Made by a program: the position numbers and the translations under genes. Shown piece by piece: positions 30,207 through 40,091 of a stretch of 64,000 nucleotides of DNA. The DNA comes from Bacillota bacterium (lineage in GTDB: Bacteria; Bacillota; DTU025). Position 1 is the stretch's first letter, and each line of letters starts with the position of its first letter. The notes beneath the pieces are model-generated. The model was not told the DNA's origin. It did no database searches and saw only the letters and a program-made list of their open reading frames with translations. Location: assembly GCA_050951805.1 (NCBI GenBank), contig JBMNJT010000008.1, forward strand, positions 352,001 through 416,000. The letters run 5' to 3'.

Positions 30207-31169
30207 ATGACCAGGCACACAAAGAAAACTGCGCCCACGATTACCGTGGTTGGCAGCTTTACTGTAGACATGATGATGAGAATACCCAGATTGCCTGTGT
30301 ATGGAGAAACCCTTCTTGGCTCCAGCTTTTTGCAGGCGCCAGGCGGGAAAGGCGCTAACCAGGCAGTGGCCTGCGCGCGTCTTGGTGCCAACGTCAACTA
30401 TGTAGGCGTGCTTGGCATGGACTCAATGGCTGAGGCAGCATTGGAACTGTTCAGACAGGAGGGCATCGGCACCGAATGCCTATTTCGCACTGACGAGGCG
30501 GCGACCGGTGTCGGCTTCGTGCTCCAGTTTCCTGACGGAAACAATGTATGCCTCACTGACATGGCAGCCAATCAGCATCTCAGTGCTGATATGGTTGACC
30601 GGGCCGCATCATTGATTGAAGAAAGCGACGCAGTTCTTACGTGCCTGGAGATTCCTACTGATGCGGCCCTTAGGTCAATGGAGCTGGCTCGGAAACACGG
30701 TGTGTGCAGCATACTCAATCCGGCTCCCGCTATTGCGGGAATTGAGAAGCTCAAGGGGCACGTGGATGTGCTCACCCCCAACCATGTGGAAGCAGCCGCT
30801 CTCTTGAATATAGATCCAGACGCTGCGACCTCGGCGGATGCAGTGGCCATAGCGCGTACACTTAGAGAAGAAGGCTTCCCTGCGGTGATCATCACTTGCG
30901 GAGAAGATGGTGCCGTAATCGCCGACGGCTGCGGTGAAATGAAAGTTTTGGGCGCAAAGGTGCAAGCTGTTGACACTACAGGCGCTGGCGACACCTTCAA
31001 CGCTGCCTTGGCAGTTGCGATCGCTGAAGGGAAGCCGCTTGCTGAAGCGGTGATGTTTGCCAATTGTGCTGGCGCATTAGCCTGCATGAAAGTTGGATGT
31101 GTTGCAGCTATACCTTACAGAGATGAAGTTGAGGAGCGGTTTAGATCGACCTACTCTGCGATGAACTAG
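30207..31169 (+). CDS. rbsK: Ribokinase-family sugar kinase
   Basis: GGKGANQA, ILNPAP, DTTGAGDTFN. Confidence 0.85.
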   Translation: MTRHTKKTAPTITVVGSFTVDMMMRIPRLPVYGETLLGSSFLQAPGGKGANQAVACARLGANVNYVGVLGMDSMAEAALELFRQEGIGTECLFRTDEAATGVGFVLQFPDGNNVCLTDMAANQHLSADMVDRAASLIEESDAVLTCLEIPTDAALRSMELARKHGVCSILNPAPAIAGIEKLKGHVDVLTPNHVEAAALLNIDPDAATSADAVAIARTLREEGFPAVIITCGEDGAVIADGCGEMKVLGAKVQAVDTTGAGDTFNAALAVAIAEGKPLAEAVMFANCAGALACMKVGCVAAIPYRDEVEERFRSTYSAMN

Positions 31170-31182
31170 GGGGCTGTTCGGA

Positions 31183-32682
31183 TTGTCCGATGAATACGTG
31201 TTGGAAATGAGGCAGATCTGCAAGCGCTTTGGCGGCACGCTTGCCCTTGACAACGTCGACTTTGCGGTGAACAAAGGCGAGGTGCACGCCCTCATCGGGG
31301 AAAACGGTGCTGGTAAGAGCACCCTCATCAAGATACTCAGTGGCATTTACTCTGCTGACTCTGGGACTATTGCCGTCGATGGCAAGAAGGTTGAGATACA
31401 TTCGCCTCAAGATGCACAGCGACTCGGAATAGCCACAGTGCATCAGGAATTGAATCTTGCCCCTGACTTGACAGTGGCCGAAAATGTGTACCTTGGCAGG
31501 CTGCCCACGAAGAGAGGCTCGATCATAGATTGGTCTACATTGCAACAACAGGCGGAACTCGCTTTTGAGCAGCTGGGCGTGGCTGACCAGATCGACCCGA
31601 TGGTGCCAGTGCGCAGCCTGAGCATTTCCAAACAACAGCTTGTGGAGATAGCCAAAGCTTTCTCCGCTGGAGCGCGTCTTATTATCATGGATGAACCCAC
31701 GTCGTCCCTGCCTGAAAGTGAAGTTCAGCATCTGTTTGATGTTGTCAGAACCCTAAACCGCAAGGGGGTCAGCTTCATCTACATCTCCCACCGCCTCGAA
31801 GAAGTATTGGCCATTACCGACTCCTTGACTGTGCTGCGCGACGGTAGATTGGTCGGATCGTGCAAGACTGCCGAGACATCCTATGACGACATCGTCAGGA
31901 TGATGGTGGGGCGAGAGCTTACAGAACGTTTTCCTAAGAGAGAACCGAGTATAGGTGAGACTGTGCTCGAAGTGGAAGGCCTTGCTGATGCTGGACGTTT
32001 TCGAGACATATCATTCCAGGTGCGCGCCGGAGAAATCTTGGGTATTTCAGGATTGATGGGCTCGGGCCGCACAGAACTGGCACAGGCAATATTCGGCGTA
32101 GTCCCTCCTGAAGAGGGAAGCATTCGTCTCAATGGCAAGGAACTCAATGTTCGCTGTGCTGAAGATGGCATAGAGGTCGGGATATACCTCGTGCCGGAAG
32201 ACAGAAAACGTCATGGTCTAGTGCAGACGATGTCTGTCAGGTCCAATACTGTTCTCTCGATTCTGAGCAGGCTGTCGGGGGCGTTTGGGGTAGTAGACAA
32301 AAACAAGGAAGAACAGGTTGTAACGAAGGCAGTTCGAGACTTTAACGTGAAGACAGCTTCGATAGACCAGAACGTATCGAGCCTGAGCGGAGGCAATCAG
32401 CAGAAGGTTGTATTTGCTAAGGCTGTGTGCAGCGGACCGAAGGTACTCATACTCGATGAACCCACGCGTGGTGTTGATGTGGGCGCAAAGGCTGAGATAT
32501 ACAAGTTAGTTCAGGACTTCGCTTCTTCGGGAGGGGCCGTGGTGTTCATATCGTCGGAGATGCCTGAGATTCTTGGCATGTGCGACAGAATACTTGTGAT
32601 GGCTGAGGGTCGAATAGTAGGTGAATTTGCGGGATCCAAAGCAACGCAAGAAGAGATTCTCAAATGCGCTCTCGCGAAGTGA
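31183..32682 (+). CDS. CUT2 sugar ABC ATP-binding protein (RbsA-like)
   Basis: GENGAGKST, duplicated NBD, LSGGNQQK, DEPTRGVDVGAK. Confidence 0.92.
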   Translation: MSDEYVLEMRQICKRFGGTLALDNVDFAVNKGEVHALIGENGAGKSTLIKILSGIYSADSGTIAVDGKKVEIHSPQDAQRLGIATVHQELNLAPDLTVAENVYLGRLPTKRGSIIDWSTLQQQAELAFEQLGVADQIDPMVPVRSLSISKQQLVEIAKAFSAGARLIIMDEPTSSLPESEVQHLFDVVRTLNRKGVSFIYISHRLEEVLAITDSLTVLRDGRLVGSCKTAETSYDDIVRMMVGRELTERFPKREPSIGETVLEVEGLADAGRFRDISFQVRAGEILGISGLMGSGRTELAQAIFGVVPPEEGSIRLNGKELNVRCAEDGIEVGIYLVPEDRKRHGLVQTMSVRSNTVLSILSRLSGAFGVVDKNKEEQVVTKAVRDFNVKTASIDQNVSSLSGGNQQKVVFAKAVCSGPKVLILDEPTRGVDVGAKAEIYKLVQDFASSGGAVVFISSEMPEILGMCDRILVMAEGRIVGEFAGSKATQEEILKCALAK

Positions 32683-32702
32683 CGACAGAATACGGGGTGT
32701 AA

Positions 32703-33659
32703 ATGATGCGACGCGGAGTAATGCAGAAATACCGGATTCTATTCGTGTTTGTAGGGATATGCATCCTGCTTAGTGTGCTGACCCCTGTCTTCCTTTCAGT
32801 GAACAACATAATAAACGTGATCAGGCAGGTATCAATAAACGGGATACTGGCGGCAGGGATGACAATGGTGATCATCTCAGGAGGCATTGACCTTTCTGTC
32901 GGATCTGTGGCTGCCATTTGCGGGGCTATTGTTGCGGGAACGCAGCTTAAGCTGGGGCTTGCACCCGCAATGCTGCTTAGTGTTGCTACAGGCGCATTGC
33001 TCGGCCTGATTAACGGGCTTGTGATTACCAAAGGCAAGGTAGCGCCGTTCGTTGCCACACTGGGAATGACGACGGTCGCCAGAGGGCTTACCCTCATCTA
33101 TACCGGAGGACGTCCAATATACAACCTCACAGATGCCTTCAGAGTGCTAGGAGCAGGTTATGTTGGCCCGATACCAGTTCCCGTTATCATACTGGCACTC
33201 GTAATTGCAGTAGTGCATTTCGTGATGTCGTCTACGGTTTTCGGACGTGAAGTCTATGCGCTCGGGGGCAATGAGGAAGCGGCTCGATACTCAGGAATCA
33301 ACGTAGAACGCAGGCGTATGCTGGTCTATATCTCCATGGGCTTGCTGTCAGCGGTCACAGGAATAGTCCTTACATCCCGCTTGGGCTCTGCTGATCCCAC
33401 GGCCGGAGTCGGTTTTGAAACTGACGCCATCGCGGCTGTCGTTATAGGTGGAACAAGTATGTCGGGAGGAGAGGGCTCCGTTATCGGATCTCTCATTGGA
33501 GCCCTGATCATCGGCGTCATGAACAACGGATTGAACCTTTTGAATGTGTCGCCATACTATCAGCAGATATTCAAAGGCCTCATAGTAGTCCTTGCGGTTC
33601 TCATGGATTCGGCTTCGAGACGCAAACGTCAGGCGGCTGCTTTGAAGGTTGGCAGGTAG
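32703..33659 (+). CDS. CUT2 sugar ABC permease (RbsC-like)
   Basis: GGIDLSVG, GGNEEAARYSG, IAAVVIGGTS. Confidence 0.92.
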   Translation: MMRRGVMQKYRILFVFVGICILLSVLTPVFLSVNNIINVIRQVSINGILAAGMTMVIISGGIDLSVGSVAAICGAIVAGTQLKLGLAPAMLLSVATGALLGLINGLVITKGKVAPFVATLGMTTVARGLTLIYTGGRPIYNLTDAFRVLGAGYVGPIPVPVIILALVIAVVHFVMSSTVFGREVYALGGNEEAARYSGINVERRRMLVYISMGLLSAVTGIVLTSRLGSADPTAGVGFETDAIAAVVIGGTSMSGGEGSVIGSLIGALIIGVMNNGLNLLNVSPYYQQIFKGLIVVLAVLMDSASRRKRQAAALKVGR

Positions 33660-33768
33660 TGTTGGAATGGGAGGGATGAAGAGCTCAGATTAAACCATAA
33701 TGTAGAGTCGATTCCACAGGCTGTTTTGTCTAGTCACTCACCAATCAAGTTTTGGAGGTGCCAACGAG

Positions 33769-34707
33769 ATGAGGTTTTCAACGAAGCGTACAACACAGGT
33801 CGTCATCGGCATTATCATGGTGGCGTTGTGCATGGTTATGAACGTAGGCGGCGCAGCGGTAGCAGCCGCGGCCAAACCTCGAACGGTTGCAGTAGCGTTC
33901 TGCACCCTGAACATACCGTTCTTCGTGGAAATGGAGAATGGTATTCGCGCGGCAGCGGCGAAGAACAACGTAAAGCTCATCGTCACTGATGCGCAGGATA
34001 GTGCGGCAAAGCAGCTTTCGCAGGTGGAGGACCTGCTTGTTCAGAAGCCGGATCTGCTCCTGATCACCCCTGTTGACTCAGATGTCCTGGTTCCTGCAGT
34101 TGAGGCTGCATACAAAGCCAAGGTGCCTGTGATCACAATCGACAGAAGCGTCAACTCGGACAAGGTAGTCTCGTTCATAGGCGTAGATGATGTTGAGGGA
34201 GGGCGCATGGCAGGCCGCTACGTAGTGGAGAAGCTCAAAGGCAAGGGCAACGTGGTAATGCTCGAGGGCGTCATGGGCAGCTCTGCCCAGCGCGACCGCG
34301 CGCAAGGCTTTGAGGAGGTCATTGGAAAGAACAAGGGGATCAAGATGCTCGCCAAGCAGACCGCCAACTTCAATAGGGGCGAGGCCATGACCGTGATGGA
34401 GAACTGGCTGCAGTCGTTCCGAACGATTGATGCAGTGTTTGCCCAGAACGATGAGATGGCTTTGGGCGCCATCGAGGCAATACGGGCCGCAGGTCGGCAG
34501 AATGAAATCATCGTCGTTGGATTCGACGCTGATCCCGGTGCCAAGCAGGCCGTCAAAGAAGGCAAGATGGCGGCCACTATTGAAGGCTCGCCATACAAAC
34601 TTGGCGTAATGGGCATTCAGGCCGCAGTGGATTGCCTTGCCGGCAAGAAGCTTCCAAAGCAAATATTGATTCCGCTTGACCTGATTACGAAGGATACGTT
34701 CAAATAG
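33769..34707 (+). CDS. CUT2 sugar-binding protein (RbsB-like)
   Basis: Signal peptide; PFF, VITIDR, FAQNDEMALGA, GFD. Confidence 0.9.
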   Translation: MRFSTKRTTQVVIGIIMVALCMVMNVGGAAVAAAAKPRTVAVAFCTLNIPFFVEMENGIRAAAAKNNVKLIVTDAQDSAAKQLSQVEDLLVQKPDLLLITPVDSDVLVPAVEAAYKAKVPVITIDRSVNSDKVVSFIGVDDVEGGRMAGRYVVEKLKGKGNVVMLEGVMGSSAQRDRAQGFEEVIGKNKGIKMLAKQTANFNRGEAMTVMENWLQSFRTIDAVFAQNDEMALGAIEAIRAAGRQNEIIVVGFDADPGAKQAVKEGKMAATIEGSPYKLGVMGIQAAVDCLAGKKLPKQILIPLDLITKDTFK

Positions 34708-34743
34708 CTGTAACTGCATGTTCATAGGAACCTAGATTCGTCA

Positions 34744-34797
34744 GCGCCCTGGGGCTGTGCATGATGTGATTAGCACAGCCCCAGGGCGCATTTCTTT
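34744..34797 (+). terminator. Intrinsic terminator of the sugar operon
   Basis: 17-bp stem GCGCCCTGGGGCTGTGC/GCACAGCCCCAGGGCGC followed by ATTTCTTT. Confidence 0.75.
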
Positions 34798-35078
34798 GTG
34801 GCAGAACAATTGACTCGCATTTCCCATAAAGCGTGAACTGCTCCGATATCGCCGAAGTTGAGATGCTTGTCGATTTCCGGCGGCATATATGACAATCATT
34901 GAAGGAGTTGATGCCGGAGAAGTCGAATACTCATGGGACGAATATGCAACGTTGCATAAACTATCTGCGGCGTGATTTCTGGCGGCCATGTAGGTTCCTG
35001 ATTCGCCATGGTTTCGTATCCATGACCCCCTAGATGGGGGTGTGCTGATGACTTGGTGGGCAATATACTGAGGAAGCA

Positions 35079-35106
35079 GTCTTTCCCACGCAGGTGGGAT
35101 GCGCCT
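35079..35106 (+). repeat. Degenerate type I-E-like CRISPR repeat in the leader of the arcE-like gene
   Basis: GTCTTTCCCACGCAGGTGGGATGCGCC versus family pattern GTCTTCCCCACGCAGGTGGGGGTG; TCCCAC/GTGGGA hairpin intact. Confidence 0.55.
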
Positions 35107-35129
35107 TGAAAGGACGGGATGTGTAAGAC

Positions 35130-36449
35130 ATGGAGAAAACAAAAGTGATCATCATGGGCGCTGCGGGACGCGATTTCCACAACTTCAATGTCTACTTCCG
35201 CGACAACGAGAGATATGAAGTTGTGGCTTTCACGGCCACGCAGATTCCGGACATTGCCGGCAGAATGTACCCTGCAGAGCTTGCAGGAAAGCTGTATCCC
35301 AATGGAATTCCCATCTACCCCGAGGACCAGCTCGAAGAGTTGATTGTAAAGCACGACATCGATCAGGCGATCTTCGCCTACAGCGATCTCTCGCATGTCG
35401 ACATTATGCACAAGGCTTCTGCTGTGATGGCGGCGGGAGCGGATTTCCGGCTGATGGGGCCGAACACTACCATGCTCAAGTCGAAAGTTCCGATTGTCGC
35501 CATTGTTGCGGTTCGCACCGGGGTCGGTAAGAGCCAGACGACACGTTACGTGAGCCAGGCGCTGATCGATGCAGGCCTTAAAGTGGTGGCGATCAGGCAC
35601 CCCATGCCCTATGGCGACCTTGCCAAACAGGCAGTCCAGCGTTTCGCCACTTATGAGGATCTCGACATCCATGAGTGCACCATTGAGGAGCGCGAGGAAT
35701 ACGAGCCGCATATCGACCGAGGCGTGATCGTGTATGCAGGCGTCGACTACGGCAGGATCTTGGAGGAAGCCGAAAAGGAGGCTGACGTCATCCTTTGGGA
35801 CGGTGGGAACAACGACTTCTCCTTCTACAAGCCTGACCTCACCATTACCTTGGTTGACCCACACCGGGCGGGGCACGAGGTTCTGTACCATCCTGGCGAG
35901 ACCAATGTCCGCCTTGCTGATGTGGTGATAATCAACAAGGTTGACACTGCCAAGCCGGAAGATGTCGAAACGGTCCGCAAGAACGTGCAGAGGATCAACC
36001 CGAGGGCTCAGATCATAGATGCGGCTTCGCCTGTAACAGTGGAAGATCCTGAGATGATCCGCGGTAAGCGTGTGTTGGTAGTAGAGGACGGTCCGACGCT
36101 CACCCATGGCGGAATGGGTTATGGCGCGGGAGTGGTAGCGGCACGCCAGTTCGGTGCCGGCGAGCTTGTTGACCCGAGGCCGTTTGCCGTAGGCAGCATC
36201 GTCGAGACTCTTGAGAGGTTCCATCATCTCGAGCCGTTGCTCCCTGCAATGGGATACAGCAAAAAGCAGATAGATGAGCTTGAGACCACCATCAACAGAT
36301 CTGATGCCGAAGTGGTGCTGATTGGCACTCCGATCGATCTCCGGAAGGTTCTCAAGATAGACAAGCCTGCCGTGAGAGTCAGGTACGAGCTCGAACAGGA
36401 GTCCGGCCCCGACCTCAGGGATATTGTATGTTCCAAGTTCGCTAAGTAG
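35130..36449 (+). CDS. P-loop NTPase of the cDPG-synthetase-like family; candidate arginine synthetase ArcE
   Basis: IMGAAGRDFHNFN, AFTATQIP, RTGVGKS, RHPMPYG, TIEEREEYE, DGGNND, EDGPTLTHGGM, PAMGY. Confidence 0.8.
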   Translation: MEKTKVIIMGAAGRDFHNFNVYFRDNERYEVVAFTATQIPDIAGRMYPAELAGKLYPNGIPIYPEDQLEELIVKHDIDQAIFAYSDLSHVDIMHKASAVMAAGADFRLMGPNTTMLKSKVPIVAIVAVRTGVGKSQTTRYVSQALIDAGLKVVAIRHPMPYGDLAKQAVQRFATYEDLDIHECTIEEREEYEPHIDRGVIVYAGVDYGRILEEAEKEADVILWDGGNNDFSFYKPDLTITLVDPHRAGHEVLYHPGETNVRLADVVIINKVDTAKPEDVETVRKNVQRINPRAQIIDAASPVTVEDPEMIRGKRVLVVEDGPTLTHGGMGYGAGVVAARQFGAGELVDPRPFAVGSIVETLERFHHLEPLLPAMGYSKKQIDELETTINRSDAEVVLIGTPIDLRKVLKIDKPAVRVRYELEQESGPDLRDIVCSKFAK

Positions 36450-36604
36450 TAGATGTTTGGGCGGGCCCCGGCCAAAATGGCATGCCGGGGCCGTACAAGC
36501 TATGGCAGATATGGAAGCAAGCCCACATGGTATCACATAGTTTACAGTGTAGCCTTAAAATGGTATAATCCTGTCAGAATCAACACTGACAGGAGGGACG
36601 GTTT

Positions 36605-37843
36605 ATGCGTCGGAGCTCTTGCGCCACCAGGCATAGAGCTTTCCCATGTGTGCTGGCATTTACGATGGCGGTGTTCTTCTGCCCCCCATGGCAGGCGGCG
36701 GGCGTGTCTGCCGCCAATGATTCCCTTGTGCTCAAAGTCGCGCTCGACTCGGAATCCTTGCCGAAGCTGACTGCCACCTTGTCCCACAAAGCCGCTCGCT
36801 TCTCTTCGACAGTAAAATCATCCACAGAAGGAACGCATGAATTCAAATTGGAGGCCAAAATGGCTGAAGATATATCGCATCTCCGGCAGTCTGCAACTTT
36901 GAGCATCTCAGGCCTCCTTGCTGCGCAGGGGGATGCTTCCTGTTGGCGTCAGCTTTCCTCCACTACCGGCGTTGTTGTCGATAGGAAAGCGAGTCCGTGG
37001 CGGCCTGAGGGGAAGCTTTCCATAACCGTGAGAGAATATCCGCTCAATGCGGCCAGGGACTACAGCGAAGGCACAGTGAGGGTTAAGGCTGGGCGCACAT
37101 GGTCGCAACCGTATGCTGTTGCATTGAAAGCGGAAGCGACCGTGGGCCACAAAGAGATGCCGGGCAATCCTAAGTGGACTGCGAACTACTGGGAATCGTC
37201 TGCAATCGCGCAATCACCTCTGGGTTCGGAATGCAAAGGTTCAATCACAGTATCAGCCAAAGGCCGGGCATACCCCGAAGCCGAGCACAAATCATATACC
37301 CGCGCGTCATGCAAACTTGAGGGTATTTGGACCCCGTCTAAGGTACATTCGATCGGCTGCAGCCTCACAGCGGCGGCTACGGTCCGGGAGAAGGACAGAT
37401 CTTGTGATAAGACCGACACAGCGATTTCGGCTAGATGGTCGATTGAGCCTTCTCAACATTGGAGTGCAGACATCAAAGGGTCGCTTTCATCGTCGATTGA
37501 GCCCAATAGGGCCGATGCCGGCAGGCCGGTGCGGGCAAACGGAGGAGTTACCCTGACTTGCGTGCCAGCGGACATCTGGAGGCTGACTGCCGCAGGAGAT
37601 CTGTCATTAGGCCATACCTTAGGCGAAAACGAGGAGGGGGACGAGGAGATCGTCGGCATTCAGTCGGAGCAAAGCGGCAAGCTTAAGATGGGGCTTTCAT
37701 TTGCAGCAAAGTTGGGTCCCGTAAACGGAGTAACTTTGGACGGAAAACTCAACCTGAAGCGCGAGAGTGAGCACGCAAAAGATCGATGGGAACACAGCAC
37801 ATGGGCCCCTTCGGCGGAGATTCAGGCGTCTATGAAGTTCTAA
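36605..37843 (+). CDS. Hypothetical exported protein, predicted outer-membrane beta-barrel
   Basis: RBS AGGAGG, signal peptide, many alternating amphipathic strands, C-terminal AEIQASMKF. Confidence 0.55.
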   Translation: MRRSSCATRHRAFPCVLAFTMAVFFCPPWQAAGVSAANDSLVLKVALDSESLPKLTATLSHKAARFSSTVKSSTEGTHEFKLEAKMAEDISHLRQSATLSISGLLAAQGDASCWRQLSSTTGVVVDRKASPWRPEGKLSITVREYPLNAARDYSEGTVRVKAGRTWSQPYAVALKAEATVGHKEMPGNPKWTANYWESSAIAQSPLGSECKGSITVSAKGRAYPEAEHKSYTRASCKLEGIWTPSKVHSIGCSLTAAATVREKDRSCDKTDTAISARWSIEPSQHWSADIKGSLSSSIEPNRADAGRPVRANGGVTLTCVPADIWRLTAAGDLSLGHTLGENEEGDEEIVGIQSEQSGKLKMGLSFAAKLGPVNGVTLDGKLNLKRESEHAKDRWEHSTWAPSAEIQASMKF

Positions 37844-37949
37844 GGCTATTGCCTCAGTGCTGGGTTAAGTGTAAGATACTATAGTGAGTATCTGTTGCAA
37901 ACAGGCAGTTAATTGCAGGGCTGCGATAAGGCTTAAGGGAGGAGATCGC

Positions 37950-40037
37950 TTGAAAAAATATAAAGTGGATCAACTGCGCAACCTTGCCGTTGTATCGCAT
38001 GGCGGCGCCGGCAAAACGACTCTTGCCGAGGCCATGCTATATTTGAGCGGCGGTGTTGATAGGTTCGGCAAGGTAGATGAAGGAACTTCCACGATGGACT
38101 ACGATCCCGACGAGGTCAAGCGGAAAATCTCCATTAATGCCTCGGTAGCTCCTGTCGAATGGAAGGATCACAAGATCAACTTCATAGACACTCCCGGCTA
38201 CTCCGATTTTGTGGGTGAGGTTGTGGGCGCGTTGCGCGTGGCCGATTCCGTCTTGGTGGCTGTAGATGCAGTCTCCGGAGTCGAAGTCGGTACGGAGCTG
38301 ATGTGGAGGCGCGTTGAGGAATACGACCTCCCGCGCATGATAGTGATCAGCCGTATGGATCGGGAGAACGCCAACTTTAACAAGGCCGTCGAATCTCTGA
38401 CGGAAATCTTTGGCAACAGGGTTGCTGTTGCGCAGATTCCCATAGGGGAAGGCGATAAGTTCCGCGGGGTTGTTGACCTCATCAAAATGAAGGCTTATGT
38501 GTGGGAGGATGCATCGGGAAAGAAGTTTGTTGAGACGGATATCCCCGCAGACCTAGCCGACATAGCAGAGGAACACCGCGAAAAGCTGGTCGAGTTTGCT
38601 GCTGAAAGTGATGAGGAGCTCCTCGACAAGTATCTGGAGGGCGAGGCTCTAACTGAGGACGACATCAAGGCAGGACTTGCCAAGGCCGTGCTTTCTCGTT
38701 CGGCTTATCCCGTGTTTTGCATATCCGGCATGAAACTGATTGGGATTCAGCCTCTGATGGATGCGATAATTTCGCTCTGTCCGTCGCCAGTGGCGGTTGG
38801 ACCGGTGAAGGGCATTGTGCCGAACTCAGAAGACACGATAGAGCGCAAGCCGGAGGAGACCGAGCCCTTCTCGGCATTGGTCTTCAAGACGATGGCGGAC
38901 CCGTTCGTCGGCAAGATCACCATGTTCCGTGTGTATTCAGGGGTTGTGAAGTCGGACTCGCAAGTTTACAACGCGAGCCGCGATAAAACGGAGCGGTTCG
39001 GGCAGATATTCCTTACCAAGGGCAAGCAGCAAGTGGCTGTCTCCGAAGTGGGCCCTGGCGACATTGCAGGCGTAGCGAAGCTGGCTGATACGACTACAGG
39101 GGATACGCTGGCCGACAAGGACAATCCGATCATACTTCCAAAAATTCAGTTCCCCAGTTCGGTTCTGTCGATGGCTGTGAAGCCCAAAAGCAAGGGCGAC
39201 GAGGACAAGATAAGCCAGGGCCTCGCGAGGCTTATGGAGGAAGATCCCACGCTCAAGTACGACAAGGATGCGGAATCTTCGGAGCTCGTCGTTTCGGGAA
39301 TGGGTGAAGTTCACCTCGACATCATGGCCGACAGGCTCAAGAGGAAGTTCGGCGTAGAGGTGACCCTCGAAGAACCGAAGATCCCGTACAGAGAGACGAT
39401 CAAGAACACCGTGAAGGTCGAAGGGAAGCATAAGAAGCAGACCGGCGGTCGTGGCCAGTATGGACATGTATGGATTGAGATGTCGCCCCTGCCGGCGGGA
39501 AGCGGGTTCGAGTTCGAAGACAAGGTGTTTGGAGGCGCGGTGCCGAGACAGTTCATTCCTGCGGTGGAGAAGGGCTTGAGAGAGGCTCTTCCCGAGGGAG
39601 GGGTGTTGGCCGGTTTCCCATTGATCGACATTAAGTGCTCGCTCTATGATGGTTCGAGCCATCCTGTCGACTCTTCTGAAATGGCATTCAAGATCGCTGC
39701 CCAGTTGGCGCTCAAGAAGGGATGTCAAGATGCGAACCCGATAATCCTCGAGCCTATACTGAAGGTAGAGGTAACGGTGCCTGAGGAATACATGGGCGAT
39801 GTCATGGGCGACTTCAACAAGAAGCGCGGACGGATCCTCGGTATGGAGCCCGAAGGCAGATACCAGGTGGTAAAGGCTCTCGTGCCAATGTCGGAGATGG
39901 CCAAATACTCTATCGACCTCAGGGCTATGACGGGCGGGCGCGCCACGTTTACTACGGAGTTCTCCCACTATGAGGAGGCTCCGGCGAACATCGCGGCCCG
40001 CGTTATTGAAGAGGCGAAAAAGGAGAAGGAAGCGTAG
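37950..40037 (+). CDS. fusA: Elongation factor G paralog (EF-G2 type)
   Basis: HGGAGKTT, DTPG, KKQTGGRGQYG, HPVDSSEMAF; not in the rpsL-rpsG operon; TTG at 37950 follows GGAGG. Confidence 0.92.
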   Translation: MKKYKVDQLRNLAVVSHGGAGKTTLAEAMLYLSGGVDRFGKVDEGTSTMDYDPDEVKRKISINASVAPVEWKDHKINFIDTPGYSDFVGEVVGALRVADSVLVAVDAVSGVEVGTELMWRRVEEYDLPRMIVISRMDRENANFNKAVESLTEIFGNRVAVAQIPIGEGDKFRGVVDLIKMKAYVWEDASGKKFVETDIPADLADIAEEHREKLVEFAAESDEELLDKYLEGEALTEDDIKAGLAKAVLSRSAYPVFCISGMKLIGIQPLMDAIISLCPSPVAVGPVKGIVPNSEDTIERKPEETEPFSALVFKTMADPFVGKITMFRVYSGVVKSDSQVYNASRDKTERFGQIFLTKGKQQVAVSEVGPGDIAGVAKLADTTTGDTLADKDNPIILPKIQFPSSVLSMAVKPKSKGDEDKISQGLARLMEEDPTLKYDKDAESSELVVSGMGEVHLDIMADRLKRKFGVEVTLEEPKIPYRETIKNTVKVEGKHKKQTGGRGQYGHVWIEMSPLPAGSGFEFEDKVFGGAVPRQFIPAVEKGLREALPEGGVLAGFPLIDIKCSLYDGSSHPVDSSEMAFKIAAQLALKKGCQDANPIILEPILKVEVTVPEEYMGDVMGDFNKKRGRILGMEPEGRYQVVKALVPMSEMAKYSIDLRAMTGGRATFTTEFSHYEEAPANIAARVIEEAKKEKEA

Positions 40038-40091
40038 CAATCTGCCTGCGCGGCAGAGTGTGCGCATGCTATACTTGAAAATGATAATGGC

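Noticed and set aside
34896-36536. 546-aa minus-strand ORF
   Set aside because: Antisense shadow of the conserved NTPase; no motifs.
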